A DNA stretch of 64,000 nt from Balanoglossus misakiensis. Lineage: Eukaryota > Animalia > Hemichordata. Made by a program: the position numbers and the translations under genes. Position 1 is the first letter of the stretch. Each line of letters starts with the position of its first letter. The notes beneath the pieces were generated by a model that worked only from the letters and a program-made list of their open reading frames with translations, was not told the DNA's origin and did not search any database. Location of the stretch: positions 3,891,319-3,955,318 of the forward strand of contig CM082594.2 in NCBI GenBank assembly GCA_040954595.2. Direction: 5' to 3'. Shown piece after piece: positions 63,401-64,000 of the stretch.

Positions 63401-64000
63401 TATGTTAGTGACGTTGTTAAATCTCTCCAGCAACTGTATTAGTTTCTTACAAATTCATAAATGTTGACGGCTATTCGCCGTTTTTTCCCAGGTGTCCAGA
63501 TTCGTACACAGGTGACACATGTGAGATCAAGCTTGGCGCTGTTTTCGAAAGTGGTATGTGACATTTCTTGCTTCATAGAGCATACACCCCCGGAGCTACG
63601 GGGTCTATAACAAAGCCAATAGCAAGCAGTATAATAGTATGTAAGATAGCGACACCAAAATCAAACCAGTAAATTCCATAATTCCTCCATATCGTCAACA
63701 TTTGTTCGACAATATTAATCTGATTTGGACATTTCCATCAATGTAAAACATATCCACCAGTCAATGTAGGAAAGCAGGAACCGCCGAGTTTCCGATAGTG
63801 TTAGAATAAGACAAAAATATCGATCAGAGTTTAAAATCGCCACATATAATGCTCCACCCCCTTAACTCCTTGAGTTTCATGTTTACGCGTTTACAGTTTT
63901 GGACAGGGCCGAAATCATTGGCCTGTCCACCGGTCTTGCCGCGGGAGTTCTTGTCATCGGCGTGATCATCTTACTGATACTCTACAAACGGCTGCGTAGA
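31347..64000 (+). CDS. Giant MUC4-like / fibrillin-like type I membrane mucin (SP-PTS-EGF-NIDO-AMOP-vWD-cbEGF-sushi x9-EGF-SEA-EGF-TM), ~62 exons, 3' end outside window
   Basis: Phase-compatible exons read by eye: 31347-31416, 37448-38353, 38498-38605, 38882-38995, 39500-39637, 39872-39994, 40181-40291, 40432-40542, 40840-40953, 41087-41197, 41396-41533, 41778-41900, 42135-42295, 42468-42644, 42930-43151, 43361-43871, 44359-44556, 44683-44802, 44931-45136, 45352-45436, 45577-45774, 46022-46132, 46525-46791, 46960-47118, 47487-47668, 47956-48136, 19 EGF exons 48308-57633, nine sushi exons 57767-60618, 60828-61073, 61404-61523, 61653-61780, 62100-62298, 62591-62683, 63088-63157, 63492-63553, 63897->64000. 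Confidence 0.9.
31612..33438. mobile_element. Kolobok-like non-autonomous foldback DNA transposon with ~646-bp TIRs
   Basis: Arms 31612-32257 and 32791-33438 are near-perfect reverse complements. Termini AGTGAACCG...CGGTTCACT are flanked by TTAA on both sides (31608-31611, 33439-33442). 533-bp unique core. Confidence 0.8.
32480..32851 (-). pseudogene. Frameshifted relic of a P2X7-C-terminal/nanor-like Cys-rich protein (Kolobok accessory-gene-like)
   Basis: Minus strand gives [12 protein letters not shown], an acidic linker, then WCSC(5-bp GCTGC duplication)[21 protein letters not shown], matching WCxCGxCxxxxTxxECxCCxEI. Confidence 0.6.
35659..35865. mobile_element. Small MITE (~207 bp) with ACTGTAAAA terminal inverted repeats
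   Basis: ACTGTAAAATGGGTTATTTTCGC ... GCGAAAATAACCCGTTTTACAGT. Confidence 0.7.
36057..36195. mobile_element. Short palindromic element (copy 1)
   Basis: TGATTAAAAGCAGATGTAGGGAACGGTGACGTC ... GACGTCGCCGTTCCCTACATCTGATTTTAATCA; same family as 37262-37366. Confidence 0.7.
37262..37366. mobile_element. Short palindromic element (copy 2)
   Basis: CAATCTGATTAAAATCAGATGTAGGGAGCGGCGACGTG ... CACGTCGCCGTTACCTACATCTGATTTTAATTAGATTG. Confidence 0.7.
37448..38353 (+). CDS. Mucin gene exon 2: Thr/Pro/Ser-rich O-glycosylated mucin domain (~300 aa)
   Basis: TTEPP/NTT repeats, many N-x-T sequons, internal duplicated ETDVTTR...TTTDSQPIN block. Canonical acceptor and donor. Confidence 0.9.
38498..41900 (+). 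CDS. Mucin gene: ten phase-1 EGF/cbEGF exons
   Basis: E.g. [44 protein letters not shown]; one domain per exon. Confidence 0.9.
39004..39214. mobile_element. Degenerate palindromic MITE-like element
   Basis: AATAGACCATTTTCATGACCCCTTACATGACCTTACATCCTCGTACTTCCGTTGGTA pairs imperfectly with TACCAACGAAAGTACAAGGATATAAGGTCATATAAGGGTCATTAAAGTAGACTATT. Same AATAGACCATTTTC start as 62713. Confidence 0.6.
39658..39736. repeat. (TTTA)n microsatellite
   Basis: About 20 units in intron. Confidence 0.95.
41959..42063. repeat. Compound (TATG)n(TATC)n microsatellite
   Basis: Direct reading. Confidence 0.9.
42135..44802 (+). CDS. Mucin gene: NIDO and AMOP domain exons
   Basis: LFPYG...[44 protein letters not shown] (NIDO). 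CLDWY...GTCPC...GAGQRCRY...PRYYCC...[20 protein letters not shown] (AMOP). Confidence 0.88.
44931..47668 (+). CDS. Mucin gene: vWD domain with GDPH site, followed by Cys/Ig-like spacer exons
   Basis: [25 protein letters not shown] (GDPH at 44942-44953), [31 protein letters not shown]. Confidence 0.9.
47956..57633 (+). CDS. Mucin gene: ~25 EGF/calcium-binding EGF repeats
   Basis: Repeated DI(D/N)EC...C.NT.GS(Y/F).C.C..G(Y/F).GDG..C exons, mostly phase 1. Four exons carry two domains (49344, 54848, 56713, 57370). Confidence 0.92.
54380..54430. repeat. (CAT)n microsatellite (intronic)
   Basis: Direct reading; lies in intron 54081-54486. Confidence 0.9.
55143..55765 (+). mobile_element. Second, 3'-truncated copy of the Harbinger-type MITE at 10541
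   Basis: TTA|GGGACCGTTCAGTTTTTACGGCCGGGG left TIR and colinear interior (TTTTGCCACCGAACTT, GAGTGGAGTGGCAAAA, AATGCAACTTTGAGCAC). Extra ~150-bp internal segment; no right TIR found. Confidence 0.8.
56052..56137 (-). tRNA. tRNA-Arg-TCT: tRNA-Arg (anticodon TCT) with 13-nt intron
   Basis: Minus strand GTCTCCG-TGGCGCAACGGATAGCGCG-TCGGA-CTTCTA-[gcggatgtgtgat]-A-TTCGG-AGGCT-GTGGG-TTCGAAT-CCCAC-CGGAGAC-G. Perfect acceptor and T stems, A and B boxes, intron after position 37 (56088-56100), T6 terminator at 56043-56048. Confidence 0.93.
57767..60618 (+). CDS. Mucin gene: nine 180-nt sushi/CCP exons (six-cysteine, selectin-type)
   Basis: Exons 57767-57946, 58179-58358, 58460-58639, 58742-58921, 59183-59362, 59471-59650, 59766-59945, 60160-60339, 60439-60618. 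Consensus W(S/T)CP.L.DP.SGSV.C....[12 protein letters not shown]....GT..RTCQD...WDG.DDFTC. Confidence 0.92.
60715..60802. repeat. (CAT/CAC)n trinucleotide low-complexity tract (intronic)
   Basis: Direct reading; lies between sushi exon 9 and the next acceptor at 60827. Confidence 0.9.
61653..62298 (+). CDS. Mucin gene: SEA domain (two exons) with FRPG/SVVA autoproteolysis motif
   Basis: FKGEFRI...[21 protein letters not shown], then [12 protein letters not shown] (GSVV at 62166-62177). Confidence 0.85.
62713..62845. mobile_element. Small imperfect palindromic MITE-like element
   Basis: AATAGACCATTTTCCG...TGCGAGATCTCGCG / CGCGAGATCTCGCA...CGGAAAATCATCTATT. Confidence 0.55.
63897..64000 (+). 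CDS. Mucin gene: transmembrane helix and basic stop-transfer (truncated by window)
   Basis: [24 protein letters not shown] followed by KRLRR. Confidence 0.88.

Overview
Eukaryotic (metazoan, probably invertebrate deuterostome-like; inference) genomic DNA with two main parts. (1) 6602-29093 is a 22.5-kb stack of five Helentron (Helitron2-type rolling-circle) elements nested inside one another. One is autonomous-type and encodes an OTU + Zn-finger + HUH Rep + Pif1 helicase + AP-endonuclease protein with a single frameshift and a spliced 5' UTR; four are non-autonomous. Five left ends and five right-end hairpins pair up like balanced brackets. Each pair shares a sub-terminal sequence variant, and every inner element sits in the same A/GAA-rich tract 53-62 bp from its host element's right end. 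(2) 31347 to beyond 64000 is a ~62-exon + strand gene for a giant type-I membrane mucin: signal peptide, Thr/Pro-rich domain, EGF repeats, NIDO-AMOP-vWD with GDPH, cbEGF repeats, nine sushi domains, SEA with GSVV, EGF and TM. Its introns hold a Kolobok-like foldback transposon with a P2X7-C-terminal-like Cys-domain relic, an intact intron-containing tRNA-Arg(TCT), Harbinger-type and other MITEs, and microsatellites. All coordinates and alignments were read by eye; no database searches were run.
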